This document shows positions 24,500 through 38,525 of a stretch of DNA of 64,000 bases, one piece after another. Every line of letters starts with the position of its first letter. Positions within the stretch are counted from its first letter, which is position 1. Where the stretch lies: assembly GCF_006345805.1 (NCBI RefSeq), contig NC_043005.1, positions 47,244,001 through 47,308,000 on the forward strand. The letters run 5' to 3'. Below the pieces are notes generated by a model. The model had not been told where the DNA came from. It saw only the letters and a program-made list of their open reading frames with translations, and ran no database searches. The DNA is from Octopus sinensis (lineage: Eukaryota). The translations under genes were made by a program, and so were the position numbers.

Positions 24500-26000
24500 A
24501 AAAATTTGAATAAAGTCAAAGAAGATAGGTTTCGCAGCAGAAGCAGAAGGAAATGAGATTTTGAAGGCAAGTGTTATACTGAAGTTCGTTCGAGAGAGAA
24601 GCAACAGTAGAGCGTGTTATACATATATATTATTTATTCTTCTGCTACTTCTTGCTTCAGAAGTAACGTGTATAATAACAGTTGTTTACGAATATATAGA
24701 CTGTTATTTTCCAGATGTACAGGACAAATGTCGTATGCATGATCATTTAATGTGTAACCAAGTCGTTTACAATTTGTTCAGTATGTTCCTTTTAAGTATA
24801 AGTTATGAAAAACCTTTAGCATCAACACGAACATTACAGATTTATGAAAAGTATGTACTGTATAAATTAGACACTAGAATAAGAAGAACCCACAGCAGTT
24901 CCGTGTCTCTCGTCAGTTACAATTCTCTATTTCTAATCCGTTTCTACTGTCTAGATTAAATTTCATAAAAAGCGTTGTGTAGAGAATGATGATAACACTG
25001 AGATAAGTTCTAACAAATTTTATGTTAGTTTAACGCGGAAAAACAAGGGAAATTTTTCAGGTTTTGGACGCTGATCCGTCATCAGAAAAATATAAGAATG
25101 AGAAGGGTCGGTAGCAAAAATGAAAATAAAATATGAAAAGGTGTTTGGAAAAATAGGGAAAAAAGAGGTTAGAAGTCAGGTGGGATAGTAGTAGTATAGG
25201 GGAGTTAGGAAGAAAGGAGGGCGGGTGGTCTTTGCATGTACATAGAGATGGGTATTGGGGAAGTGAGTGTGTGGTGCGTAATTAATCCAGATTCTTCACA
25301 TTGGTCATGTCACCAACTTTGTAAAAGGAACACTTTCTAACGCTCATCTCTCATACAAACTTCAGTATCACAACTGCCTTCAAACTCTCTTTTCCTTCTG
25401 CTTCTGCTTCCAAATCCATCATTCTCTTTGACATTATTCAAATTCTTCCGGCCACTGGCAGCTTTTCAACTATCTCTAACTCTGCATTGAGGTCATCTAA
25501 CCTACATAAAATTGAAGTCACAATCTTCAGTGGCTTCAGTATACACAACTATTCCTGACTGCTTAATGCTTTCCTAACGACACTGCTAGGACAGAAACCG
25601 AATCCTTTGTCACCTTGAAATACCTATGTTAGTTTGTGTCATTAAAAACCTGCATCTCAAAACGAAACACTGTCATTCCAAATACATTTTGATTACCTTT
25701 TCACCTCATAACCAAATCCTTACCTAGCCATTGTCCAGTCATCGCTGCCAATGGCTCCATCACCACAGTCTGATGACTGTGTTATTCAAAGTGAACCATA
25801 AAATGTCTTCCTGCTATCTGGAGTTTCAGATCAGCTATAAGCTAGTCAAAGATTCGAAAACCTTACATTGATTCCCCTCACTATGAAATGGACTTATCAA
25901 CTAAGACTTAATCAAAAGATCAATGTCATCCTCCAAAGTATGTTTGTATGCAATCGAACATTACATTCTCCAGAACCCCAATTCGTTCCCTTTGAAGCTG
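24500..26000. mobile_element. Old Penelope-like element remnant with inverted arrangement
   Basis: Inverted arms ~24500-24625 and ~25328-25447; decayed hammerhead-like CTGATGA-CGGA..TCC-AAAAC at ~25060-25085 (-); stop-riddled ORF-like sequence at 25540-26000. Confidence 0.4.
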
Positions 26001-26399
26001 AGCTGTAGGTGTTCTGGCAAAAATTACTGCTTGCATAACCGGCGATAGATATCATTCATTTCTATATCTCTTCATCGCCATATAGGAGGCGTTTCCTCAT
26101 CCAGTAAGAGAAAAAGCAGCCGTCTGGAAAACATATTATATAAATATATATAGTAGAAATGCAAACATGGAAAATCTTCAGATTAAAAAAAATGAACAGC
26201 CTTCATCGATTTCCGAACCTTGGAGATGTCTACATCATTTGACTAAGCCCAAGGAGATAAGCAGCCGATTTGTATATACACTCAACGAATACTGTAGCTA
26301 CAGACAACTGGAGTTTTAAGTGTTTAACGCTTTATCTAATATATATCGTCTGTCGTCTGTTGGTGGGCATCTCGGTCCATACAGTGTCAATATAGAATA

Positions 26400-26553
26400 T
26401 AAGTTTCAAATTTTGGCACAAGGCCAGCAATTTCGTGTAAAGAGGAATAGTTGATTATTTCGATTCCAGTATTCATCTGGTACTTAATCTAAAGATAGGC
26501 GAAATACTGCTAAGCATTTTGCCCCTGTGTGCTAACGATTCTGCCAGCTCGTC
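26400..26553 (-). mobile_element. Meta-like SINE, deleted
   Basis: Reverse-complement family head (GCTAACGATTCTGCCAGCTCG) and tail. Confidence 0.75.
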
Positions 26554-26718
26554 GCTTTGTCTATCAATGTACAATATAATACATGTAAAATTATATAGTA
26601 AAATTACAAACATAGCAAATTTATCTAGTTCTCCGTATTTCACGGCCTATGGGCTTTCTCACCATATAAGTTGCAGGATGCTGTCTGCTCTATTGCCAAC
26701 GGTGGTGTTTTGTCTTAC

Positions 26719-26783
26719 GGACCTTTTAGAATATTTATACCCACTATTGCTTGAAAATCAAGATGGTTACGAGAAGTGTACTC
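26719..26783 (-). CDS. Candidate internal exon, unknown product (EYTSRNHLDFQAIVGINILKG)
   Basis: Acceptor tgtgttttatctgcag|G, donor CC|gtaaga, single open frame; no homology recognised. Confidence 0.22.
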
Positions 26784-27224
26784 CTGCAGATAAAACACAG
26801 CATTCGCTGCTTGTTTTACTGTCAACTCCACACTTCACTTATACAAAAAAACCTTGTAAAAGTTCTCCTTAATTCCTCGCTATTATCTTTACGTCTCTAG
26901 CAGCAAGTTGCAGTTACCAAGTCGTAATATTTTCCAGATTACTCCAGTTAAGATAAAACTCGTTGACCATGATGGATTTAATTTCTTAACTTCGAAATAT
27001 GCCATTCTATGTAGCTCCAGGTCTCACCTGGTTTCTTCTCGTTTTATGAATTTGGCAAAAGTTTATTGGACCATAAGACATTTCTAAAAAGACATTACTT
27101 ATTGACAATACCAACAACAAATTTACTTGCAAAGGCATCAGAGAAATATATTTAAAAAACACGCTGTACATTTTGTATTGAATGCCTTCATTCCATTTGT
27201 ATGTTTTTGTGTATGTGTGTGAGC

Positions 27225-27271
<47 letters not shown>

Positions 27272-27952
27272 CATATGAATATGAGAGAAAGGGAGAGAGA
27301 GAGAGAGTGAGAAGGAAAAGAAGGATGCAACACAAACAATACGTCTATGGCTACATTAATTAAATGTGTCGTTCTTACTTGAAAATCGACAGAGTGTGCT
27401 TTGAATTTGATTTCGCTGCGATTTTAGCAGTTTGAGAGTGTCTATAGTGTCTCCCTATGTTGGTTTGTGATAAAATGTTATTTAATTCAGCTGAGCATAG
27501 CCGAGGTAAAGAGACAATTTCATTAGGAATTTACGAATTCCAGTTTAAATTTTTACTTATTTTCTTTCAAATGACGATGAAGTAAGCTCTCCTTATTCGG
27601 TGCTGACTTAAATATTTCCTTATACTGGCACAAAATCTTACACAAAGACTAATAATTATCGTAGGAGTCTTTGTGTAAGTTTGTTGTAAGAAGTAAGAAG
27701 AGAAATCTATGCCGGCCGAATTTGAACTCAACACGAATGCGCAAAATTAATTGTACTTATACTCTCTATAGAATTTCAGTTATTTAATAACTTTATATTT
27801 TGTTAACACTTTTACAGTAATCCCTTGAAAATCTGCGAAGTAGAAACAGTACTGTATAATTTTTAAAATTATTTTTATAATTTGTATATAGTTCTTCTAA
27901 TATAAATGCAAAACAACAACAGGGAGGAATAGACGTAAGCTTAAATAATGTG

Positions 27953-28711
27953 TCAAAGTGCTGTCATCTGCCTGTTGGCTCCTCTCCTGCAACTCAACTT
28001 GATTTCGAGCCGGGTCGTCTGCTGCTGGAGAAGACCGATCAAGTAAAGGACCTGGGTATCTTGGTGGATCCTTCCTTTTCGCCTTCGGCTCAATGCGTCC
28101 ATGCTGCCAACAAAGCACGCGGAGTTCTGTTTTTGATTCGACGGTCATTCGGAATACTCACATCAGCCATATTCCTACCGCTCTATGTCACGCTGGTGAG
28201 ACCCATATTGGAGTACGGGATTCAAGCCTCTTCTCCTTATCTCCTCAAAGACATGCATCATCTCGAAAGAGTCCAGAAGCTGGCTACCCGCATGGTTCTT
28301 GGTCTCAAGCATTTGTCTTATGAAGAAAGGCTGAAGACGCTCGACCTTTATTCTCTCGAAAAACAACGACGCCGTGGTGATCTTATTCTCGCTCATAACA
28401 TCATAAGCGGAAAGTGTAACCTCTCGAAAGAGCTGTTCTTCACTCCTGTTCCTGAGCGTGGGCTGTGGGGTTACTCCGAAAAGCTCTATCTACGACGATT
28501 TCATCTCAATCGAAGGAGAGGGGCTTTCTCCGTCCGGGTTGCGGATCCGTGGAATAAGCTGCCGAACGAGATAGTGAAGATGCCGACGACCGCTCGGTTC
28601 AAAGTCTCTGACCAGAAATGGCCTGAACTCTTTGTATGACCACCCTCCCTGTCCCCTTACATGGCCTTGCTTTTGCTTTTTGAGCCAATAAAAATTCAAT
28701 TGAATTGAATA
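27953..28711 (+). mobile_element. CR1-clade LINE, 5'-truncated, relatively young
   Basis: Uninterrupted 229-aa ORF with VKDLGILVD, LYVTLVRPILEYG, LERVQKLATRMV, LYSLEKQRRRGDLI, AFSVRVADPWNKLP; short 3' UTR ending in (ATTGA)n. Confidence 0.92.
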
Positions 28712-29528
28712 ATAAACTGAAATAGGTTAACCACGATATGGCGAGGGATTACTATACTGCAGAAAGCAGATGCATCCATTCAAAATTTCATTACCCTCAA
28801 CAGTGGAAAATAGCTGAATATACTAATCTATCTTTTGTTGAGAAATGTCAATTTTAAAACCATTTTCTGTTGTCAAGCTTATCAAAGCAACGTGACTTGC
28901 AGAAAATGCTAATTTTTTTTTTCGTTTTGTTTTTTGTTAGATATTTAACATTATTACTGGAATAACAATAAAATCTAATTTTTTTCTTATTGAGAATAAT
29001 GAACTTTGCGTTGGTTCAAAGACATACATTCGTAAAATGATGTATTAAATGTTTCGAGAATCCTGGCTGTTTGAATCGTTTATAGTATATTTACTGATAT
29101 TGAATCTATCCAACCAAGGATCCTATACGGGGTCTCTCGACTTACTAGAAATACTAGCCACATCTTCCTCAAATTATACACCACTGTCAATAAAAAAGAC
29201 ATTGAATAACGTGACTTTAGATTCCGTGCACAAAATAATGCGATGGTCACGATTTGTACTAGCCTTTGTACTAACCTTTCTTGATCAAGGCTGACCTAGA
29301 CCTAAGCAACAACTAATCTTAGTGAATTTATCGACCTTGGAATCGTGAAAGGAAATTCAATGTTCCCTTTCGTAGATTAAGCTTGCATAAGCAATTAGTA
29401 TTTTAACAAAGAAGTGATGAGAATTGACATATCACTCAAACTCGACTACGATGAGATTGGAATTCAGGAATGAGTTAGATGGAACTACCATCCACCTCTT
29501 AAATTTTTGAGGGAACACCAAATTTTAA

Positions 29529-29794
29529 AGATAGATAGATGGATAGACAGACAAATAGATAGACAGATAGATAGATTGATACACACACACACAAATACAC
29601 ACACGCACATATACGACGGGCATCCCAGCAGTTTGACTACTAAATTTATTTAATTCTACACTCAAGCTGTGCTAGAAGTCACTAGTCCAAACTGTCACGC
29701 AATGGAATCGAACGTGGGATTACGTGGTTGCAAAGTTAACATCCCGACCATACAGTCATTGATGCGGTAACTCTTGCGCCATCATTATATCGAT
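29529..29794 (-). repeat. Inverted duplication, left arm (GATA tract plus diverged family C SINE head)
   Basis: Near-identical to the reverse complement of 31371-31635. Confidence 0.92.
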
Positions 29795-31370
29795 TATATC
29801 GGTCTCTGTACTCCTATATAAGTATTCATAATATTTTATCTTTATAGGACCCAGAAGGTTTAAAGGCAAAAGAAACTTTGTTAGGATTTGAACGCAGATC
29901 GTAAAGAACTAAATCTAAAACGAGCAAGTTATTTCGTCTGACACTGTTGCGATTCTGCTAATCCACCGTCGTTTTCCTTACCGGAACATTTCTAGCATTG
30001 GCAGAAGATTAAACATTTTAGTACATTATTTTATCGACCCCGGTTTAAAGAAACAGCCAACTTTCCTAGGATTTGTACTCAAAACGATATCAATGAAACA
30101 GATACCGCAAGGTATTTGTCGTGATAACAGATACGTCAATTACGCCATCACTTCCTTGTTAAAATATTAATTGCTTATGCAAGCACAATCCATGAAAGGA
30201 AACATTAAATTTCAGGAAAGGAAACAGTTGATTAAATCGACCCCAGTATTTGACAGGTACTTTATTTAACCTACCCTGTAAAGGCGAGGCATTCAGCTTG
30301 AATTCTTGTATTTGAACTTAGAAAGTAAAGATATGAAATAAATACAGCAAGACATTTTGTTCGACGGTCTACCCATATTAAAAGCACAAATGGTTCTCTG
30401 CGTAATATTAACATTCTCAATATAACTAATAATGTGTATGGAAAGTAATATGGCAATCTCAAGCAGAAAGTTTACAGGTAAAACAATTCTGATGTAAGTA
30501 ATTATGTAGCTACAGCTGCCAGGTGATAGGAAATTAAATCTATACATGCATTAGTTGAATAAAGGCAATTATTTATATATAAAGAGCAGCTGAAATGTTT
30601 CAAAGATACATTGTTCGTTTTATCAGTGTAGTGGGAAGACCGACAATAATTATGCAAGCTTAATATTTCGTATATATTTAGGCAACTATACAACGAGAGT
30701 TTTAGCACAACTAAGCTAAAGCCATGATATTAGCGAAGGGGAAATGTGATAAAAATATAATTACATATCAAATTTTACGGCGGTTATAATACGAGAAATT
30801 ATCCACAAGTGTTCGTAATTGATTGGCTAGCTATATTAAATGGAGTATGCTCGTTTTAAGAACAACCGAAATGACGATAAAGATACGACAACAAATGAGT
30901 TTATGTTTATCAACAGTACTCTAACACTAATTGCAAATCAGCTTTCTCTTAATTCTCTCATGTCTTCCACTCTTTATCATAAACAATAAAATAATTAATC
31001 TTATACATCAACTGTTACCTCTATAGATTCATATTCTAGGGTCACACATCATCATATACACTAACACAAAATGCATAAACGTTTATACTAATACACGCAT
31101 GTAAATACACGGTTGCACAAAAACAATGACACACAGATACGTTCATAGAGACAAATGCACACATCCATACACATGCAATCACGCTTACACCCACACAGAC
31201 GTGCATGGTTTTTAGTAGGATAGGTGTCAGAACCATCATGTTGTGCAGTCAGAATGAAGCTATAAGGGGAAAATCAGGAGCGTAAAGGACCAGCTGCTGT
31301 CTTGCAGGTGTCTAGGTGTCTTGTCACATACTCAGTACAATGAGAAAAGTAAAGGCTAATCACAACTGAC

Positions 31371-31635
31371 ATCGATGATGGCGCAAGAGTTACCGCATCA
31401 ATGACTGTATGGTCGGGATGTTAACTTTGCAACCACGTAATCCCACGTTCGATTCCATTGCGTGACAGTTTGGACTAGTGACTTCTAGCACAGCTTGAGT
31501 GTAAAATTAAATAAATTTAGTAGTCAAACTGCTGGGATGCCCGTCGTATATGTGTGTGTGTGTATCTATCTATCTATTTATCTATCTATCTGTCTATCTG
31601 TCTATCTATTTGTCTGTCTATCCATCTATCTATCT
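31371..31635 (+). repeat. Inverted duplication, right arm
   Basis: Near-identical to the reverse complement of 29529-29794. Confidence 0.92.
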
Positions 31636-31659
31636 CTTTCTTTAACTCTCTTTCTATAT

Positions 31660-31998
<339 letters not shown>

Positions 31999-32820
31999 TG
32001 CACACTAAGTATCGAGAAGTCAAACACATGAAGAAAACACAACACACTGAAAGAACGCAGAAAGACTGAAAAGGTTAGTATGTTTCTTTGTGACTATATG
32101 GTCACCTAAAGCAATTGACGAAAACATCGCACATGCTACTAAGTCACACTCGATTATGTTGTGGTATAAGAGTGTCTTGGTTTGGTATTGACTTATATAT
32201 TTAAGTTGGAGCCTTTTTTGCTCCATCGGAAACATACTCTTGCTTTTGCGTTCGTGTGCGTTTGTGTTCGCATGAGAGTGTGTATACCAGTGTATGTGTG
32301 TCTACGCATGTGTGTATTGTGTGTGTACATAATGTTGATGTACATCTTTCGCCGTTTTATATCGGCTAAGGGTGTTTGCACCGACGGAACTGGTACTGTA
32401 CAAATAAAGGTCTTTACAAGAACAGCTTTATTACCTCCAATATATGCACTGTCTGAAGTATGTCAAGTGTAGAACACCCTGGAACCTGTTATTGTACATC
32501 GACTGCATTATAAAATCAATAAAAATGTAAGAAATAATTGTTTTGACACTTCTTTAGATTATGTATAACCCTATCACAAATATTTATAACTAAATATTCT
32601 CTAAATGCTTATATATTTTGCGGAGATGTAATTGCATAGCAAGTGACCTGATCTGAGATCGAGTGCAGGAACGAAAACAATTGCAGCGTGGAAGGTGTTT
32701 ATAAGCCATTTAACAAACACACAAAAACCGTTAGATTCACTTCAACATTTAAATTTAATTTGTCAAAATATTTTCGTCGCTTTGAGACCGATATTTGTTT
32801 GATAATATTTATACAACAAA

Positions 32821-33045
32821 AGGGCAGTGAGCTGGTAGAAGAAACATTAAGACGCTGGGACTAATACTTAGCGGCATTTCGTCCGTCATTACATTCTGAG
32901 TTGAAATTCCGCCGAGATTGATTTTGCCTTTTCATCCTTTCGGGGTCGATGCATTAAGTACCAGCTGAACGCTGGGGCTCAATGTAATCCACTTACCTCT
33001 TCTACCACGAACTCGCTGGATGGTGCCATAATTTGAAACCAATAT
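32821..33045 (+). mobile_element. Meta-like SINE
   Basis: Family head and TTTCATCCTTTCGGGGTCGAT core. Confidence 0.85.
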
Positions 33046-35069
33046 TTATACAACAGTCTTCTGACATTCACATGTATCGGCACCTATAGGTGTTCACATT
33101 GAGACATATACATTCAGATATTTGTAGACATCATTCTAAAGACCTTTATCTAATCGAACTTCAAAACAGAAGGTGAATCTTATTTTTTTCTACTTCACAA
33201 AAAATGTGTCGGCAAAAATTTACAAACAGTCAAATCAACCTTAATATCTTATTCTTATGCAATATTTATTACCACTTAAATGTGGATGTTCTGTTCGAAC
33301 AAACTTAATTGTGGTATTTACTATGAGAGATACTCTCATATATGTAGTCTTTTGGGGCAGAATGCATGCTTGTTTGTTTATATTGCCAGTAAGGAGATAA
33401 CTCCCTACCAACTCCAGCGTCGAGACCACCGGGTAACGTGATTTCGATCTTCTTTGATCTCATTGGTTGATAGACGCTCGACCGCTAGAGATATCAGCGA
33501 CTCATCTCTCCGCTAGCGATATGCAGAAAACCAGTGCCAGAACAGGTACTATCTCATTGCTAAGTAGTGTAGATTCCTCTCAATTAATGGAAAATATCCA
33601 TTTGCTAGCAGATACTTATATGCGATACAATTAGTGTGCAAGGGATTTTGCTTAACAGGCAGCACTTGCAAAATGTAATAATAAAAAAAAACGAGTCCAA
33701 TGGCAAACTTGGCAGAGATGATTGCTACTGGCTAATTCTATCTGAATGTAATATTCCTAAATGATCTGATAGCAATTCCCGACGGCAAGATGTATGAAGA
33801 AACTGTAAAATAAAAGTATCAACTGATGTTAGAGGTATATCTGAATTCATGACCCTCAAGCATGCAGTCAAATACTTTATCCATTAGGCTATATTATAAA
33901 GTAATGAAGACTGGAAAGCTTTGAAATTTCCGTAGGATAATCACAAAATATAATGTAAAAGTTATTATGGACGCTTAGCTTTACAAACAGCGATAGCTTG
34001 AAAACTGCTGTAGAGCAAAGTTTTAGCATTGGGATCTAGCATCGCTACTAGACAGAGGGGTTGATGGAAGGGAAGCATCAACATTAGTAGGATTCGAATT
34101 CTTAAACAAAAATAAATAAAACAAATGAATAAATAGATAGATGAAATGAATAAAAATATAAATCTAATAACTGAAAAGTTTAACGTTAGATTTTCTACTT
34201 TCTGTAAAAGTTCTATTGCTCTCAGGTGTTTCTTAACTTTGGTGACCAAACGAGTAATGGCCTTGGAAAAGAAATATGTTAGAGAATTATCCTGCAAATT
34301 CCACAAAGTTTAAAATTTGAAGATTTAGAAATATGACAAAACGCCTTCCCCTGTACTGAACAAACTATTATTACGCACACAGAGACTCTTAAGACAAATT
34401 ATATATAAATTAAATAAAAACATATCCCTATGTACGGTTAAGTTATCGATAGCACGTACTATTGCTAATTATATTTCACACGCACACACGCACGCACACA
34501 CGCACACTCACATACACACACACACATACATGAATATATGTACATACACACACATATAATACACAAGTTAAAACAATGGTCGTTACATATAATTCCTTTG
34601 TTAGGGCAAATTTAGCTTACAGTTGTTTCCAGTTGTTATTATAGATAGGTAATTTGAAAGACCTAAAAACATTAATGACACCTTCGTCAGAGCCATTGCT
34701 GGAAATAAGGTACACAAAAGAGGTGACCCTAACAGGACACCTTACATGATGAAAAGAGCAGTTAAAACCCAAACCACAGATAAGAGTAATTTCAAAGGGA
34801 ATGAGAAACAAAAACATTTCAATAGTTACCACAACATGTACTCGAGTTTTGACATCAATAAACAAATATAATTTGCCATCCGTGTCTCATATATATATAT
34901 ATGATGCCTGTATGTATATAGACATAAACTCACAATATGTGTATATGCATATACTTATATATACACTCACGCATGCTTTTCACGTAGACATACACATATA
35001 TATTTATAAGTTTATAATATGTAATATGTACGTACACGTATACAGTAGCACATATGTATTTGTACATAT

Positions 35070-35080
35070 ATATGCATATA

Positions 35081-35156
<76 letters not shown>

Positions 35157-35160
35157 TATA

Positions 35161-35199
<39 letters not shown>

Positions 35200-35227
35200 T
35201 ATATACATATATATAATATGTATATAT

Positions 35228-35279
<52 letters not shown>

Positions 35280-35379
35280 TATATATATACATGATATATA
35301 TGTTCATGTGTAGATATATACATATACATAAATATACACATATATATATACATACATATACACACACACATACACACAC
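35070..35379. repeat. (TA)n microsatellite complex
   Basis: Direct reading. Confidence 0.95.
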
Positions 35380-35518
35380 GGGTGAGTGTAAAACAATGTG
35401 GAAAAAGTAGTACTTGAATCTACAAATGGTAGAGTAATATACTTTACATTAAACCTGCAAAATCATCACACGACTGTTACTCAGAGTTTCCCGTTCTCAT
35501 TCGTCGAATATTTGTGAT
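35380..35518 (-). mobile_element. Family D Penelope-like short element with decayed hammerhead
   Basis: GGTAGAGTAATAT and CTGTTACTCAGAGTTTC shared with 6040-6184; minus-strand core reads TCGACGA...GAAACTCTGAGTAACAG. Confidence 0.6.
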
Positions 35519-35595
35519 GAAAACTGAATTAAGATTGCTGTGTGTGCGTGCGTGCGTGTGCGCGTGTATGTGTGGGTATAACTTATATAACTTAG

Positions 35596-36607
35596 TTATT
35601 TTTCGACCAAAGATTGGTCCAGGCATTGTCTAACTTAATAGCACCACCTGATAGGATTAGCCAAATCCTTTTTAAGTCAAGATTTGTGGTATCATGGTCC
35701 ATTCGGGTACGGGGTTCTTGAGTGAGCTGTATCCAGGTATAGTTGGTTTATCTGATATTCCTCTTTGATCTGTTTTGGGACAATGTTAAATAGGGCATGG
35801 CCTGTTGAGGAACAGAAACTGTGTTGCATCGTATTTATGTGTTGTGCGTATTTATTGAGTAGGGAATGTATGGCCCGTGGTCTTAGCCTTGGATGAATTC
35901 TGACACTAATATTGAGGTCATTTGGGCAATGCTGGTGGTATATTCCCCACGCCGTGCAAATGATGTACCTCTCACGGCGGCGCTGGAGAGAACATAATTT
36001 CAATGCTTTAAGGCGGTCCCATAAATTGAGAACAGTCATGCCCTTAATTCTTTTGGTGAATGCCCTCTGGGATGATTCGATTTTCGAATTTTTTTTTTTT
36101 TTTTGTCTGGCGGGGGACCACAGTGAACAGCAGTATTCGAGGTGTATCCGTACAAAGAAGAAGAAAAGAGGAATAATGATATCTTGTTCTCTGGGCCGAA
36201 GATTCTTAGGATCCAGGAGCTCATCCTATGAGCTATATCGACCTTATTGTTGATGTGGGCACGCCAGCTGATATTGTTGTCAACACTTACTCCTAGGTCT
36301 CTCATATTATTAGATGCTGCGACTGGTTCCATTAAAAGAAGAGAGTATGGCTGATTTAGCATAGTCTTTCTTCCAAAATGCATCAGCTCAAATGTTCTCT
36401 CGTTTAGCTGCATTTTGCTTTCGTTTGCCCATTGACTTACAGCATGTACGTCAGACTGGTGTTCAGTTCGGTCTTCTTCATTGATAAATTTCTAGAGCTT
36501 GGAGTCATCAGCGAATATTTTCCTTTTGCTGTGTTTTATGACACTGAAAAGGTCGTTTATATAGACTATAAACAGACACAGGCCCAAGAAAGTCCCCTGA
36601 GGGACTG
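35596..36607 (-). mobile_element. CR1-clade LINE, 5'-truncated and decayed
   Basis: Minus-strand [79 protein letters not shown]. Confidence 0.88.
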
Positions 36608-36609
36608 TA

Positions 36610-36667
36610 TTTGTGTATGTATATATGTATGTCTATATATATATATATATATATATACATATATATT

Positions 36668-36732
<65 letters not shown>

Positions 36733-36762
36733 CATTTATATACATATATATATATGTATGTC

Positions 36763-36802
<40 letters not shown>

Positions 36803-36866
36803 CATTTATATACATATATATATATGTATGTATGTCTCTCTTTATATATACACACACACACACAAA

Positions 36867-36909
<43 letters not shown>

Positions 36910-36965
36910 ATACACACACATATATATATTTATGTTAACATGCATACAAAAAAGCACACATACAT
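36610..36965. repeat. (TA)n/(CA)n microsatellite complex
   Basis: Direct reading. Confidence 0.95.
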
Positions 36966-37089
36966 ACTCATACGCATACACATATACTTAAATGGATACG
37001 AAAACAACTTCAGTCATATATTAAAGTGAAAATACCAGCAGTGTGTATGTATGTATATATATACACACACAAATAGAAATATCCACAGA

Positions 37090-37170
37090 CATACATGCAT
37101 GTATGCATATTTACATACATACATAATACATACATACATGCATGCATACATACATACATACATACATGCA

Positions 37171-37204
<34 letters not shown>

Positions 37205-37230
37205 CATACATACATACATACATACATAGA
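37090..37230. repeat. (TACA)n/(TGCA) microsatellite
   Basis: Direct reading. Confidence 0.92.
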
Positions 37231-37864
37231 TGTAAGTTCAAGGATGCAAGACCACTCTTAAATAAATACCTACAACTGTACCTGCTACATAATCTAGCAG
37301 CATGGCATAAGAAAGATAAAAAAGAAGTATAAACATCTCCGCGGTAGCAAAAGCAATTGAAAACATTTAGAAAGTCTTTCAACACAATTTTATCGAGACT
37401 GCCGCGAACTATGGGAAATCGTTTTTATCTTTAGTTGTCACATAAATAAATCGATTCAAATGAAAGATCTCGCTTGGCTCCCAATGGCGGAAATAAAAAC
37501 ATGCTGCTGACAGTGAAGTTACAAAACGATAGACATATATCTTCTACTGATGTAGTAAAACTACAAAGATGAGCATGACCAGCATGCAATTTATGTATTA
37601 GAGCTGATTATATTGCTGTTGTCGTTGTCGTTGTCGTCGTGGTCGTCGTTGTTGTTGATGTTGTTGTTGTTTTTTTTTGTTGTTGTTGTTGTCGAAGTAC
37701 AAGTTTTTGGAAACAGTTACATATACCGACTTACGCGCACAGACACCAACGAACGCACGAAAACACATATTACGCAGGGTATATACATACATAAATATAT
37801 TTATACATTTATACATACATGATACATACAGGCACACTTACATATGTACATACACACATATATA

Positions 37865-37910
<46 letters not shown>

Positions 37911-37989
37911 TCGCGTGCCTGCACACATACACACACGCAAACACACACACACACACGTATATATTGCCAACAATATATATATATATATA

Positions 37990-38044
<55 letters not shown>

Positions 38045-38318
38045 GTATATGTGTATATATATATAACTGCATCATGGTACTGTCATAGTAGTTATATCAG
38101 ATACACGCGTTTACCGCTCTATTCAGTTTTCTTTTATTTGCAATAATATCGTATATTTTTACAGTTACTTACTTAATAGTATATCATTGTATTACAAAAT
38201 AAAACGAAACTAAACTGACGATTAGTGAATATGTAGGAAGTCATTTTTATGACTCTCGTGACTTTATCTTGATTCAACTATTTCAGGTCAATTCATTTGA
38301 AAAAAATACATATTTGGT

Positions 38319-38382
38319 ATAATAATAATAATAATATAATAATAATAATATAATAATAATAATAATAATGATAATAATAATA

Positions 38383-38425
<43 letters not shown>

Positions 38426-38483
38426 GATGATGATGATGATGATGATGATAATAATGATAATAATAATAGTAGTAGTAGTAGTA

Positions 38484-38525
<42 letters not shown>

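Noticed and set aside
24561-24959. 132-aa ORF
   Set aside because: Lies within the decayed Penelope-like block; no recognisable motif.
26519-26872. 117-aa ORF
   Set aside because: Starts inside a SINE and has no recognisable domain.
29049-29294. 81-aa ORF with a signal-peptide-like start
   Set aside because: Overlaps a decayed SINE tail (CTTGATCAAGGCTGACCTAGACCTAAGCAACAAC, similar to 45415-45450).
34653-34871. 72-codon open frame with two KR sites, superficially like a neuropeptide precursor
   Set aside because: No good splice acceptor or signal peptide, and no repeated peptide units.
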